A stretch of 20,000 nucleotides of DNA from an uncultured virus (IMG/VR IMGVR_UViG_3300020577_005824) (Duplodnaviria; Heunggongvirae; Uroviricota; Caudoviricetes). The notes beneath the pieces are model-generated. The model was given only the letters and a program-made list of their open reading frames with translations. It was not told where the DNA came from and made no database searches. This document shows positions 1 to 9,353 of this stretch, in pieces. The stretch lies in the IMG/VR virus record IMGVR_UViG_3300020577_005824, one strand, 5' to 3'. Numbering within the stretch: the stretch's first letter is position 1; each line of letters begins with the position of its first letter. The position numbers and the translations under genes were made by a program.

Positions 1-2
1 AA

Positions 3-1031
3 GGTTTATTTTTAAATCCAGATTTTCAAGATGTAGGAGATTATTCAGGATTATTAATCCCTAAAGGAAATAATAAGGGAGTTTGGTTTTTAGCAGGTCA
101 ATCGGGAGTAGGAGCATTTGCTAATGACGATATTGTATTTTGGAATGGAATAATGTATCAAGTTACAGATGATTCTCAATTTGATACAAATTCTCCTGAC
201 ATAAATACTGACGCATATTCTCCATTGTCTAAATCAGTTACTAATGGTTATATATTAGAGCCTGATACTATAATGTATAATTTTAACAATGATGTAATAT
301 TAAGTAGAAAAGACAAACGAGGTAATATTGTTGAAAATGAGTATGCTGTTAATTTATTTCAATGGGGTAATGATTATGTCACTTACAATGAGGTTAATTC
401 TAGTTTTTATTTTAATTGTATTAATGCTAGACATAGTGGCATTTCATCTAATATATTTATCAGAGGAATTATAGTATTAAAAATTTGTGATAGTATTAAA
501 ACTTGTGTTTTTTTAAATGCTAATTTAGTTATAAATGGTGTAGGGGTAATAAAAGAGATTACTTTTGATATTGTTGAAAACATAATCATAAGTAATAATA
601 GCATCAATATAATTGGAGGACAAGTAAATAGAGAATATTCTTCTTTATTAATAAATGATAATGCTACAGGAAGTCTTGGAGAAGCATTAGAATTAGATTT
701 GAATGACCCAACTATTTTTAGTGGTACTATATTAACTATACCTACAGAGTATTCTTTAGCTGGTTTTTTCAAATTAAAAAATTCAGGTGGTTCTACTATA
801 ACAAAAATAATTAATTTAACAACTCTTTTTAAAAACGTAAGATTTATAGTAGAAGATGGAGATAATCAAATTTTTTCTCATACAGGAATCGCTTCTGCTG
901 CCGCTAACGATTTAGTTTCTGATGGAGCTGCTAATAATACTATAGTTGGCAGAACTAATGGTGGAGATTTTATTGAATATCAAAAAATAGGAAACCTTAA
1001 TGTAAGAACAAATATTGTTAAATTAGCATAA
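3..1031 (+). CDS. Putative virion/tail-associated protein, 5'-partial
   Basis: The frame is open from base 3 (GLFLNPDFQDVGDYSG...), so the gene starts before the window rather than at 153. It is Asn/Ile/Gly-rich and beta-rich, and its stop overlaps the next start (TAATG). Confidence 0.5.
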   Translation, partial: GLFLNPDFQDVGDYSGLLIPKGNNKGVWFLAGQSGVGAFANDDIVFWNGIMYQVTDDSQFDTNSPDINTDAYSPLSKSVTNGYILEPDTIMYNFNNDVILSRKDKRGNIVENEYAVNLFQWGNDYVTYNEVNSSFYFNCINARHSGISSNIFIRGIIVLKICDSIKTCVFLNANLVINGVGVIKEITFDIVENIIISNNSINIIGGQVNREYSSLLINDNATGSLGEALELDLNDPTIFSGTILTIPTEYSLAGFFKLKNSGGSTITKIINLTTLFKNVRFIVEDGDNQIFSHTGIASAAANDLVSDGAANNTIVGRTNGGDFIEYQKIGNLNVRTNIVKLA

Positions 1032-2197
1032 TGCCAATAACCCTTAATGAAATAACTCAATATTTAGAAAATCACAGTGTAACAAATTACGCTACGCTTC
1101 CTGCTGCTAATACAGTAACTAATCAATTATGGTATTGTATTAATGAACAAGGTAGTAGATGGTTATTTAATTATAAAAGTGCTGGATGGTATTTTTCTGA
1201 TGGTGTTAATTGGACACATCAAGAAAGTGTATTTGAAGCTTCTTTATCAGAAGTTGATGCAGGTATTTTAACTGATAAATTTGTATCTCCTAATACATTA
1301 GCTAATTCTACATGGGCGTTTACTGTAGCTAAAGTATTAACAACTGTTTTAAATGGATTAAGTTTAGCTTCTGGAGGAGTTATAGCATCTAGTGATACAA
1401 TACTACAAGCTTTTGGTAAGCTTCAGTATCAAATAACAAATTTATCAAATACTTATTTAGTTAGAGCTAATAATTTATCAGATTTATCGAGTGCTCAATC
1501 AGCAAGAACTAATTTAGGTTTAGAAACTGCTGCAAATGGCGGCAATGCTGATTATAATATAGGTGTTGAAAAACTTGCTTATACTGGAACTGCATTTACA
1601 GCAGCTAGAATATGGACATTACCTGATTCTAGTTCATTAAATGCTTGGGATGAAAAAGTTGTTGCTGATTTACTCCAAACCGTTACTTCTACAAATACTT
1701 TAACTATTGCTGTTCAAAGTGGAAAGAAATTAAACGGAGTAACTAACGGAACTGAAGTTATGCAATCTGCTGGAGGATGGAGAAGATTTGCTCCTGATGG
1801 AAGTGGTGGTTGGACTTTTGATGCAGGTATAGTTCGTCAAACTAAAACACAAACATTAACTAATAAAAGAATAACTTCAAGAGTAACAACTATAACAAGT
1901 AGTGCAACTCCTACAATAAACACAGACGATTGTGATGCTGTTGATATAACTGCCTTAGCTGCTGCAATCACATCAATGACAACTAATTTAAGTGGAACTC
2001 CTACTAATTTTCAAAAATTAATAATTAGAATTAAAGATAATGGAACTGCTAGAGCAATTACATGGGGAGCAAGTTTCGCAAGTAAAGGAGCTAATTTACC
2101 AACAACTACCGTAATTAGTAAATTAACAAGTATTGGTTTAATATATAATACAACTAGTTCATTATGGGAGTGTGTAGCTGTAGCACAAGAAGCATAA
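1031..2197 (+). CDS. Tail fibre-like protein
   Basis: Thr/Ser/Ala-rich. Contains motifs typical of phage fibres: EASLSEVDAGILTDKFVSPNTL (long-tail-fibre-type repeat), SDTILQAFGKLQ and ANNLSDLSSAQSARTNLGL. Confidence 0.65.
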   Translation: MPITLNEITQYLENHSVTNYATLPAANTVTNQLWYCINEQGSRWLFNYKSAGWYFSDGVNWTHQESVFEASLSEVDAGILTDKFVSPNTLANSTWAFTVAKVLTTVLNGLSLASGGVIASSDTILQAFGKLQYQITNLSNTYLVRANNLSDLSSAQSARTNLGLETAANGGNADYNIGVEKLAYTGTAFTAARIWTLPDSSSLNAWDEKVVADLLQTVTSTNTLTIAVQSGKKLNGVTNGTEVMQSAGGWRRFAPDGSGGWTFDAGIVRQTKTQTLTNKRITSRVTTITSSATPTINTDDCDAVDITALAAAITSMTTNLSGTPTNFQKLIIRIKDNGTARAITWGASFASKGANLPTTTVISKLTSIGLIYNTTSSLWECVAVAQEA

Positions 2198-2212
2198 TAT
2201 AAAAATACAAAA

Positions 2213-3022
2213 ATGGATTATTTAATAGTTGCAGGTGGAGGTGGAGGAGGAGGAGGAGTTGGTGGTGGTGGAGGTGGTGGTGGACTTCTTTCAGGAACAC
2301 TTTCATCAATATATCCAGGTACATATCCTATAGTAGTAGGTTCTGGAGGTTCTGGTGGTGTAAATTTAAATAGAGGTTCAAGTGGTAGTGATTCTTCTTT
2401 TAATGGCTTAACTGCTATTGGAGGTGGAGGAGGTGCTAGTGGTGGAGGTGGTAGTGCAAATAATCCTGCATATAATGGTTTATCAGGCGGTAGTGGTGGA
2501 GGTGGAGCTAGACTCCAAACAGCAGGAACAGGAACACCTCTTCAAGGAAATAACGGAGGTAGTGGTTCAAATGCTGGAAATCTTAGTGGTGGTGGCGGTG
2601 GTGGTGCTGGAGCAGTGGGTTCAAATGGAAATTCATCTGTTGGTGGTAATGGTGGAGTCGGTTTGTCTAATTCTATATCAGGTTCATCAGTTTTTTATGC
2701 TGGCGGAGGTGGTGGGGCTGTATTTGTCGGAAACTCTAACGGTTCTGGAGGAAATGGTGGTGGAGGAGCTGGAGGTAATGCAACTACACGACCAGGAACA
2801 AATGGTACTGCTAATACAGGAGGTGGAGGTGGAGGTGGAGCATCAAATACTTCAAATGGTGGTAATGGAGGAAGCGGTATTGTAATCATATCATATACAA
2901 CAGGTTCATTAAATGCAACAGGAGGAACAATTACATATAGTGGCGGTAATACAATACACACATTTACTTCAAATGGTAATTTTACAGTTGTAGATAATTC
3001 AAGTTTTTTCTTACTATTTTAA
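2213..3022 (+). CDS. Glycine-rich domain virion/tail protein
   Basis: DYLIVAGGGGGG ... YAGGGGG ... GTANTGGGGGG ... GGSGIVIISY ... TIHTFTSNGNF is the pattern of the glycine-rich domain common in phage tail regions. Confidence 0.7.
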   Translation: MDYLIVAGGGGGGGGVGGGGGGGGLLSGTLSSIYPGTYPIVVGSGGSGGVNLNRGSSGSDSSFNGLTAIGGGGGASGGGGSANNPAYNGLSGGSGGGGARLQTAGTGTPLQGNNGGSGSNAGNLSGGGGGGAGAVGSNGNSSVGGNGGVGLSNSISGSSVFYAGGGGGAVFVGNSNGSGGNGGGGAGGNATTRPGTNGTANTGGGGGGGASNTSNGGNGGSGIVIISYTTGSLNATGGTITYSGGNTIHTFTSNGNFTVVDNSSFFLLF

Positions 3023-3033
3023 TATATATAAAT

Positions 3034-3429
3034 ATGACAACAATAAATAATAACTGGATAACACTTTCTGAATTAAGAAATGGAGTTCAAGTACAAAGAA
3101 AATTTGCAGGATTAGATACTAAAATATCTTTAGAAAACAATGTTGAAAAATGTTTTGTTAAATACTATGAACGTGAATTATATCCTAATGGGGAAGTTAT
3201 TAAAACAGAAGAGAAATATTATTCTTTAGAAGATTTAGCTTTACAAGATGTAGGTGATGCTCAATACATGGCTGAGCTTCCAGTTTTGAGTGGTTTTATA
3301 AACAATTTAGGTTATCCTGGGATTATTAATCCAGCAAGAGAAACATTGGAAAATGTGGTAATATTACCTATTAACGTTGAAAATGGTTACCCGTTAAGAA
3401 GAGATACAAGAGAAATAGTTAATAAATAA
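3034..3429 (+). CDS. Hypothetical protein (possible tail-fibre accessory)
   Basis: 131-aa ORF closely spaced in the + strand operon with an AT-rich leader; no motif recognised. Confidence 0.55.
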   Translation: MTTINNNWITLSELRNGVQVQRKFAGLDTKISLENNVEKCFVKYYERELYPNGEVIKTEEKYYSLEDLALQDVGDAQYMAELPVLSGFINNLGYPGIINPARETLENVVILPINVENGYPLRRDTREIVNK

Positions 3430-3446
3430 TTTTTTAATTTACAAAA

Positions 3447-3830
3447 ATGATAAATATTTTATTGTTATTGATAGCGTGGTTATTAAAGTTAGTGTTATTT
3501 CCTTTCGGTGTGGCGCTAACTTTAATTTTATTGATATTTCAACCTTTTACATTTTTTAAAAATATTTTTGCATGGGTTAGACAAATAGCTGTATCAATTG
3601 ATAAATTAGGAAATGTTGTTTTACAATATCCTTTAAATAAATGGTTTATAACTGAGAGTGGTTATAAATTTGGGAATTATGAAAACACAATAAGTTATGT
3701 TTTGGGGTATAATAAAATAAATGGAGGGTTAAAGTATCCTGGCATTTTATTATGTGCCATTTTAAATATGTTAGATAAAAACCATGTTGAAAATGCAGTT
3801 GCAATAAAAAAAGATGAGTTAAATAAATAA
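3447..3830 (+). CDS. Membrane protein (possibly holin-like)
   Basis: Long hydrophobic N-terminus followed by SIDKLGN...FGN..TIS..LG...LC.IL..LDKNH, a pattern seen in small phage membrane proteins. The holin role is only a guess. Confidence 0.5.
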   Translation: MINILLLLIAWLLKLVLFPFGVALTLILLIFQPFTFFKNIFAWVRQIAVSIDKLGNVVLQYPLNKWFITESGYKFGNYENTISYVLGYNKINGGLKYPGILLCAILNMLDKNHVENAVAIKKDELNK

Positions 3831-3860
3831 TTATTATATTTACAACAAAATTCATACAAT

Positions 3861-4391
3861 ATGAAAAAGTGTCAAATAGTATTAGGAGCTACAGGACTTG
3901 AGATTACTGCTCACCCCACAACGTCAAACCCTACTGAGATATTAGCTAAAACAGAAATAAACGAAGTTGTACCGGTTGCATTTCAGAAAAAACCAGTTAC
4001 AGGATATGTTAGTCACGCTACTCCTTCGGGAGCAATGACTCTTGGAGAAACTGTAACAGGAGGCACTTCTGGAGCTACTGCTACATTAGCTCAGTTTGTA
4101 GGCACTGGACAGTGGTATTTAACAAATGTGGTAGGTACGTTTGTATCAGGAGAAACCCTTACCGGTGGAACATCTACAAAAACAGCAGTTATTTCAACAG
4201 CATTGATTCCATATTCTACAAATGAAGAATGGCAGTATCCATATAAAACAATGACTGTAATTTGCATTAAAATGGCAAACGGAACTAAGTTTGACGTAGA
4301 GTTACAAAGTGTAACAAATCAAGCTACTTGGAATCTAGGAACATTAGCAGCGCTAAACAATGCCGTAGCCGCAATAAATGCTTGGTTGTAA
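3861..4391 (+). CDS. Hypothetical, likely structural protein
   Basis: Thr/Gly-rich with an internal repeat (GETVTGGTSGAT / GETLTGGTSTKT). Confidence 0.55.
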   Translation: MKKCQIVLGATGLEITAHPTTSNPTEILAKTEINEVVPVAFQKKPVTGYVSHATPSGAMTLGETVTGGTSGATATLAQFVGTGQWYLTNVVGTFVSGETLTGGTSTKTAVISTALIPYSTNEEWQYPYKTMTVICIKMANGTKFDVELQSVTNQATWNLGTLAALNNAVAAINAWL

Positions 4392-4425
4392 AATATAAGA
4401 TTATAATAATTTAAAAATTATAAAA

Positions 4426-4662
4426 ATGGCAGCAGAAACTAAGAAAATATCGGACGTATCAATGAGTCCAGCTAAAAACGGAATCATCATATCTTATTGC
4501 GAGAAGACAGAAAAGTCTGGCGGTAAAGGAACTTACGATAACTGCAACTATACATATCCTAAAGAGGTATTTGACTTCGATGCTGATGAAAACAAAGAAG
4601 ATAAGTTCAACGAAGCTTTCGATAGATTCAAAGAGCTTTGGAAGCAGGCTCATAACTTTTAA
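4426..4662 (+). CDS. Hypothetical protein
   Basis: 78-aa ORF with an A-rich leader, ending just before the terminator. Confidence 0.55.
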   Translation: MAAETKKISDVSMSPAKNGIIISYCEKTEKSGGKGTYDNCNYTYPKEVFDFDADENKEDKFNEAFDRFKELWKQAHNF

Positions 4663-4673
4663 AAGTTAATTAC

Positions 4674-4715
4674 AACAAAAAAAACCTTAACTAATAAGTT
4701 AAGGTTTTTTTTGTT
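4674..4715. terminator. Bidirectional intrinsic terminator
   Basis: Perfect 19-bp inverted repeat AACAAAAAAAACCTTAACT-aata-AGTTAAGGTTTTTTTTGTT with A8/T8 tracts, lying between convergent gene blocks. Confidence 0.85.
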
Positions 4716-5154
4716 ACATTTTAAAGTCAGGTATAGAATTTGGATCTATAGTTGATTTATTAGTAGAAATAGGCTTAAACACTAGAGGTACTTCCACCAA
4801 TTCTGGATTTGCAATATCCTTCGATTGCTTTTCCATCTCTTTATAAACATCGCAAACCTTTGAATTATCGACTGGTAGATTTTTTTTTTCGGCTGAAGAA
4901 CTACCTCCAACCTCTCTTGACAAATACTCTGCCTTAAACTTAAAAGGTATATCATACATTCCTATAAGTGAAATGAGGTCTGTCAAAGAAGCTTTATATC
5001 CAACTACACTATTCTTATCTAGCTTTTCTCCAGATACAGTTATTTTAGCTTCATTTGGATCTATATCACACGCTTTTTTACAAAGAGCTACAAACATAGC
5101 ATCGGTATCGCTATCAGCGAAACTATCTATTTCCAAAAATTTAATTTCTGACAT
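4714..5154 (-). CDS. Hypothetical protein
   Basis: 146-aa ORF, last gene of the minus-strand block. Confidence 0.6.
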   Translation of the reverse strand: MSEIKFLEIDSFADSDTDAMFVALCKKACDIDPNEAKITVSGEKLDKNSVVGYKASLTDLISLIGMYDIPFKFKAEYLSREVGGSSSAEKKNLPVDNSKVCDVYKEMEKQSKDIANPELVEVPLVFKPISTNKSTIDPNSIPDFKM

Positions 5155-5166
5155 AATATAAATATT

Positions 5167-5196
5167 AAAAAAGGCCAGTAAATTAAAATACTGGCC
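5167..5196 (-). terminator. Intrinsic terminator after the SSB-like gene
   Basis: GGCCAGTA-N8-TACTGGCC stem (5173-5196) followed on the minus strand by T6 (A6 at 5167-5172). Confidence 0.65.
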
Positions 5197-5204
5197 AATA
5201 TAGA

Positions 5205-5909
5205 TTAGAATGGTAGATCTTCATCTTGTTGAGCAAAAGGATTAGTTCCAGGAGATACACCTGGCATCTGACCACCGCCTTGCTGATTATTTACAAATGT
5301 ATTAGATTGCTGTTGTTGGTTAAAAACCGGTGCCGCTTGATTGTTTTGAGCGGATTGACCTTGACTGAAAGGATTAGCAGAATTTTGTTGATTAACTGCA
5401 GGTGCTGAGTTATTTTGAACTGGAGCATTACCAAAAGGATTTTGGGCTTGTTGCTGAACTTTAGGTTGTGCTACCTGAGTATTTTGTTGTTGAAACGGTT
5501 GAGATTGAGCAGAAACGCCCATTAGCTGATGTAACGGAATAGCACCCTCGTCGATAAATGTAGCCCAATCATTATAAGTATTTAGCTTACCTTGAACTTT
5601 ACCTTTGAACTGAATCATAATAAAGTTTCCTAATGAAATTGCTCTCAATTTCTCTTCTAATACTTTCCCTCCAGATACATCGATGCATTGCCCTAAAGAC
5701 CCATCTTGATTTACCATTTGGATTTCAGCTACATAGAATGTAGTCCCTGGATTCTTGCCATGTAATTCAGTGAATTTCTTAAAATACCCTTCTATCTGTG
5801 TAGGATATTGAGTATTTCCGATGTTTTTTTGAGGCTCCCATCTTTGGTTATCACTACCTGATTGACCTACTTCTGCGTAATTACGCCCTGTTTTCTGATT
5901 CTGATTCAT
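5205..5909 (-). CDS. Single-stranded DNA-binding protein-like
   Basis: Beta-rich N-terminal domain, Gln/Asn/Pro-rich linker with NPF repeats and an acidic C-terminal tail DEDLPF, as in SSB tips; sits in the replication module. Confidence 0.7.
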   Translation of the reverse strand: MNQNQKTGRNYAEVGQSGSDNQRWEPQKNIGNTQYPTQIEGYFKKFTELHGKNPGTTFYVAEIQMVNQDGSLGQCIDVSGGKVLEEKLRAISLGNFIMIQFKGKVQGKLNTYNDWATFIDEGAIPLHQLMGVSAQSQPFQQQNTQVAQPKVQQQAQNPFGNAPVQNNSAPAVNQQNSANPFSQGQSAQNNQAAPVFNQQQQSNTFVNNQQGGGQMPGVSPGTNPFAQQDEDLPF

Positions 5910-6165
5910 GTTGTTTTGGTTTTAAATTGTTTTTTTGATTTTCATTTAATTTACGACGAGGCTTCACTCTAATCTCAGCTCTTATGCCGTATATAAGCTC
6001 TGAGAGGCATTTTAATTCTTTTTCCTTAAAAGATGCAATATCTCTTTTTATCCTGCGTGACGCTTGATCATTATCCATAATCTCTAGCTTTGCACAATCT
6101 GCAGACATAGCTACTAATGCATTTACCGCATTATTCAGTACCGGTAATATCTCTCTTTTTATCAT
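5881..6165 (-). CDS. Hypothetical protein
   Basis: 94-aa helical ORF overlapping both neighbours. Confidence 0.55.
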   Translation of the reverse strand: MIKREILPVLNNAVNALVAMSADCAKLEIMDNDQASRRIKRDIASFKEKELKCLSELIYGIRAEIRVKPRRKLNENQKNNLKPKQHESESENRA

Positions 6166-6481
6166 ACTCTAATTTAAACTTTTTCTTATTTTCATACTTC
6201 TCTCCCAACTCATCACTAACTGTAGCTCCAACGTACTTAGCATCGATTACAAACTGAAACCTTACGCTTATACCTAATATTGACAACACCTCCTCAAATT
6301 GACTTTCAGTTATATCTGCTTTAGAAACACCTTGAACATTCATGTAACTAGACATAAAATATTGGTACTCTAACCCAACCTCAGAACAAATGTATGACAA
6401 TGGTATATTAAATTCCTTTGACCTACTTACAATAAGCCTCTTTAATTCAGCGCTACCAAGATATACATCCATTAGTGTCAT
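6131..6481 (-). CDS. Hypothetical protein, possible HTH DNA-binding protein
   Basis: LKRLIVSRSKEFNIPLSYICSEVGLEYQYF resembles an XRE-like HTH; 4-bp overlap with the upstream gene. Confidence 0.45.
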   Translation of the reverse strand: MTLMDVYLGSAELKRLIVSRSKEFNIPLSYICSEVGLEYQYFMSSYMNVQGVSKADITESQFEEVLSILGISVRFQFVIDAKYVGATVSDELGEKYENKKKFKLEYDKKRDITGTE

Positions 6482-6777
6482 TCTATCTTTCTAACAACTA
6501 CTTTAGTACCTATTCTATCCCTGAAGCTTGAAAAAGACTCCTCGATAATCATAGAGTGCGACTTATTCAAAGCATCTTCTTCCTCATTAGGCTTTTCATC
6601 AGGCATCAATATAAGTATCGTCATTTCACCCTTAATAGCCCTGTCTTTTGGTCCTTTGTGCCATCCGCGAAATGTTTTTATGATAGAAATATCAACACAC
6701 TCTCGCTCTGTAGCTACGTTTTCCTTCGTAACCTTGTTGCTAAGAACTCTGTCAACTTCAATAAATTCTTTTTGCAT
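6478..6777 (-). CDS. Hypothetical protein
   Basis: The track start (TTG at 6795) falls inside the predicted -7 promoter box, so ATG at 6777 (MQKEFIE) is preferred. Confidence 0.55.
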   Translation of the reverse strand: MQKEFIEVDRVLSNKVTKENVATERECVDISIIKTFRGWHKGPKDRAIKGEMTILILMPDEKPNEEEDALNKSHSMIIEESFSSFRDRIGTKVVVRKIE

Positions 6778-6792
6778 AAACGCTTGTTTTGA

Positions 6793-6824
6793 CAAACATA
6801 AGAAGTTTATTTGATATTATCAAA
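6793..6824 (-). promoter_or_regulatory. Bacteroidota-type housekeeping promoter (-33 TTTG / -7 TAnnTTTG)
   Basis: The minus strand reads TTTG-ATAATATCAAATAAACTTCT(20 nt)-TATGTTTG, an exact consensus match with correct spacing in an intergenic gap. Confidence 0.7.
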
Positions 6825-6840
6825 GAAAAAGTTAAAAAAA

Positions 6841-7314
6841 TTATGATAAATATTCGTCGATTATCTTAATAGCCTCTTCAGCTCCTACGGCAAAAACTGC
6901 CTTATACCCCTGCTCTTCCAATCTTTTCAATATGGCATATTGTTCCTGAACATGCTCATTGGAGGATAAACTACCATCTTTAAGGTATGGTGATTTACCA
7001 TCTCGTTTTAGCTCTATGAAAAGACCGTTATACCCTAATTTATCAATGTATTTATCCATCATTGGCTTAGCGATAAATAAGTCAGGTAATCCGCGAGAAG
7101 ATCGCAATCTTGCATTCATACCTCCAATATGCTTTCCTAGGTTCATTCCTGACGCAAGGTCACATTGAAATATAACATCTGGGTAGTTATCTTTTAAATG
7201 CTTGCATACCGATACCTGAATGTTAGCCTCTTTTATCTTAGTATTTTTCTTGAACGTCTTTTTAAACTCCTCTGGAGTAAAAAGATTAGCTTCTGATGTT
7301 GATTTTTTAGCCAC
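6841..7314 (-). CDS. VRR-NUC-type PD-(D/E)XK nuclease (putative Holliday junction resolvase)
   Basis: E..IQ...V, RGLPDLFIA, GLFIELK, Q...L..L...GY.A motifs. The start is probably GTG at 7314, overlapping the helicase stop, rather than 7380. Confidence 0.8.
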   Translation of the reverse strand: MAKKSTSEANLFTPEEFKKTFKKNTKIKEANIQVSVCKHLKDNYPDVIFQCDLASGMNLGKHIGGMNARLRSSRGLPDLFIAKPMMDKYIDKLGYNGLFIELKRDGKSPYLKDGSLSSNEHVQEQYAILKRLEEQGYKAVFAVGAEEAIKIIDEYLS

Positions 7315-9343
7315 GGTTATTATTTCTTTTGTTAGGGTTAAACTCATAATTCTGAGGTGGAGTTTCTTCATAATGAACATGCAGATTATTGTCTATATTC
7401 AATATGTAAGACTCGACGCCTGTCTCAGTTCTCTTGTCGGTAAGACGAAGGTAAAGTTTACCTTTCATAAACTCTACTTCATCAGGATTATCAATAGACT
7501 GACTATTCGGATCTATAATCTTTGATGTAGAGAAATACCCATCTGCATTTGCTGTTGTTTTAATACCGCCACGAACCTTCTTGCCTGTATCCCTCAATAC
7601 AGCATTTCCAGCATCTCCCGACATGTGTAGTAATCCAAATACTACGCAGTTTGTTTGCTTCGCTATCTCCTTACATACTCCTGAGTTGTAAATGGTAGCC
7701 TGAATTTCATCTTTACCAGCAGCGTCCATCTGAGTAATACCATCAACAACAATAAGCTTTATTTCCTTACCTGTAGTAGCGTATATATGTTGTATTGTAG
7801 CATACACATTCTTTTGATTGAATCCGTTGCCGTTAACAACGAATATGTTTCGTTTAGTGTAAACCTCTATCTTCTCAATAAACTCAGCAACATTACCCTC
7901 GTTTAGCTCTTTTCTGTAAAGCATGTCTCTCATGTTAACACCTAAAGTCATTTGGGCTAATCTTCCATATAGCTGAAATCTACTCATCTCTCCATTCAGA
8001 TACAATGTAGGTATGCCGTCCATGGCATTTCTAAAAGCAGTATACTGAACAAGTATGGATTTATATGTTCCACCTAATCCTATCCACTCATAAAAAGAAC
8101 CAGGAAGAGCACCTCCAAACATATCTCTGTCTACAGGAGGAATATATGTTCTTATCATTCCCTTTGTCATATCCATCTTCACAAGCTCCTTGACCATATC
8201 CTCTGCAGTTTCATAAGATAACGAATCCTTAGCTGCGGCCGAAGCGATATTGTTTTGAAGTGTAGATACTGCATAATTCATCATATCTACAAGAGAAGCC
8301 CTTTTGTAATCTATGTAACCCATCTTGTCATAAAAGTTACCTATCTTACCTACAACATCCATAATCTCGCCTATCTGCAGCTTATATGTGTAAAGCATGG
8401 CTGTAATACGCATAATATCATTAGCAGCTACATCAGTAGTGTAATTCGCTATATATGGAGGAGCTACGAATGATGAGTTATTGTCTATATCTCTAACCTT
8501 CACGGAGCCGTGTTCGTGCTGATTATGGAAGAATGCTGAACGTACAGACTGATGCCACTTGCTGTCTGGAGTAGTATATCGGCTGTCAATCATTCTGATA
8601 ACATCGTCAGGACTAGCTCCACATCTATTCATAGCACATGCAAGTGCGTGTATGTAAACATTCTTTTGTCCATCTACATATTCTTTATTTCTTTCTACCC
8701 ACTTTACGCAAGTATCGAATATAGCATCTAGGTTATTAGTAGCCTCATGCTCTCCGGCAGAAGTATGTACGTGGCCTGTAACTACAGTGTTATACTTTTC
8801 TACATTCACCTCAAATGGTGCGGCATCCTTTATAATACATTCAGGGTCATAAGAAACATAACAAAGACGACACACATCTTTTCCAGAAGGGTCTACATTT
8901 ACAAAGTAGTTATTTTCTACATATTCCTGAAGATGTAAGAATGACGCTCTGTGGTTATTCGGGTCGGTAACATTAGTTTGAAAAACTATCTTTATACCAT
9001 TGTTGCTAGGAGATATAAATACACAGCATACATGAGGGTCTTTGGATAATTGCTGCTTCAAAAGCTTTATCTTTTCAGTATCTATTTTATCAACATCTAT
9101 AACAGTAAGCGAAGAATACGTTTCTACAGAATTAATTGACCTAGTACCTTCTTTGAAAGTTCCTGACCATGTAACAGCAGGAAGGAGTTTTTTCTTTTCC
9201 TTATATTCCTTCTCATCTGTTATGTTACGAAGCAAGGCTATTTGGTTAGCCCACTCTCCTGACAATATACCTACAGCTACATCGTGAGCATTGACGTTCT
9301 GAATATCCTTCGAAAAGGTATTTGGATAAAATGATATTAGCAT
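7307..9343 (-). CDS. Primase-helicase: BT4734/VirE-N-like primase domain, PriCT-like region and DnaB/RecA-type helicase
   Basis: N-terminal KKKLLPAVTWSGTF, IDVD, FISPSNNGIK and DPSGKDVCRLCYVSYDP; central GQKNVYIHALACAMNRCG; C-terminal Walker A GLGGTYKS, YLNGEM, Walker B IVVDG and LLHM. The start is likely ATG 9343 (MLISFY). Confidence 0.8.
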   Translation of the reverse strand: MLISFYPNTFSKDIQNVNAHDVAVGILSGEWANQIALLRNITDEKEYKEKKKLLPAVTWSGTFKEGTRSINSVETYSSLTVIDVDKIDTEKIKLLKQQLSKDPHVCCVFISPSNNGIKIVFQTNVTDPNNHRASFLHLQEYVENNYFVNVDPSGKDVCRLCYVSYDPECIIKDAAPFEVNVEKYNTVVTGHVHTSAGEHEATNNLDAIFDTCVKWVERNKEYVDGQKNVYIHALACAMNRCGASPDDVIRMIDSRYTTPDSKWHQSVRSAFFHNQHEHGSVKVRDIDNNSSFVAPPYIANYTTDVAANDIMRITAMLYTYKLQIGEIMDVVGKIGNFYDKMGYIDYKRASLVDMMNYAVSTLQNNIASAAAKDSLSYETAEDMVKELVKMDMTKGMIRTYIPPVDRDMFGGALPGSFYEWIGLGGTYKSILVQYTAFRNAMDGIPTLYLNGEMSRFQLYGRLAQMTLGVNMRDMLYRKELNEGNVAEFIEKIEVYTKRNIFVVNGNGFNQKNVYATIQHIYATTGKEIKLIVVDGITQMDAAGKDEIQATIYNSGVCKEIAKQTNCVVFGLLHMSGDAGNAVLRDTGKKVRGGIKTTANADGYFSTSKIIDPNSQSIDNPDEVEFMKGKLYLRLTDKRTETGVESYILNIDNNLHVHYEETPPQNYEFNPNKRNNNRG

Positions 9344-9353
9344 AAATTGAAAA

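Noticed and set aside
2231..2880. GGTGGA-type tandem repeats as a possible repeat array or CRISPR
   Set aside because: They are explained by poly-glycine coding; there is no constant repeat with unique spacers.
2418..2961. Alternative-frame ORFs 2418-2885 (+, Val/Glu-rich) and 2695-2961 (-, Pro-rich)
   Set aside because: These are shadows of the GGT/GGA glycine codon runs in the 2213-3022 gene.
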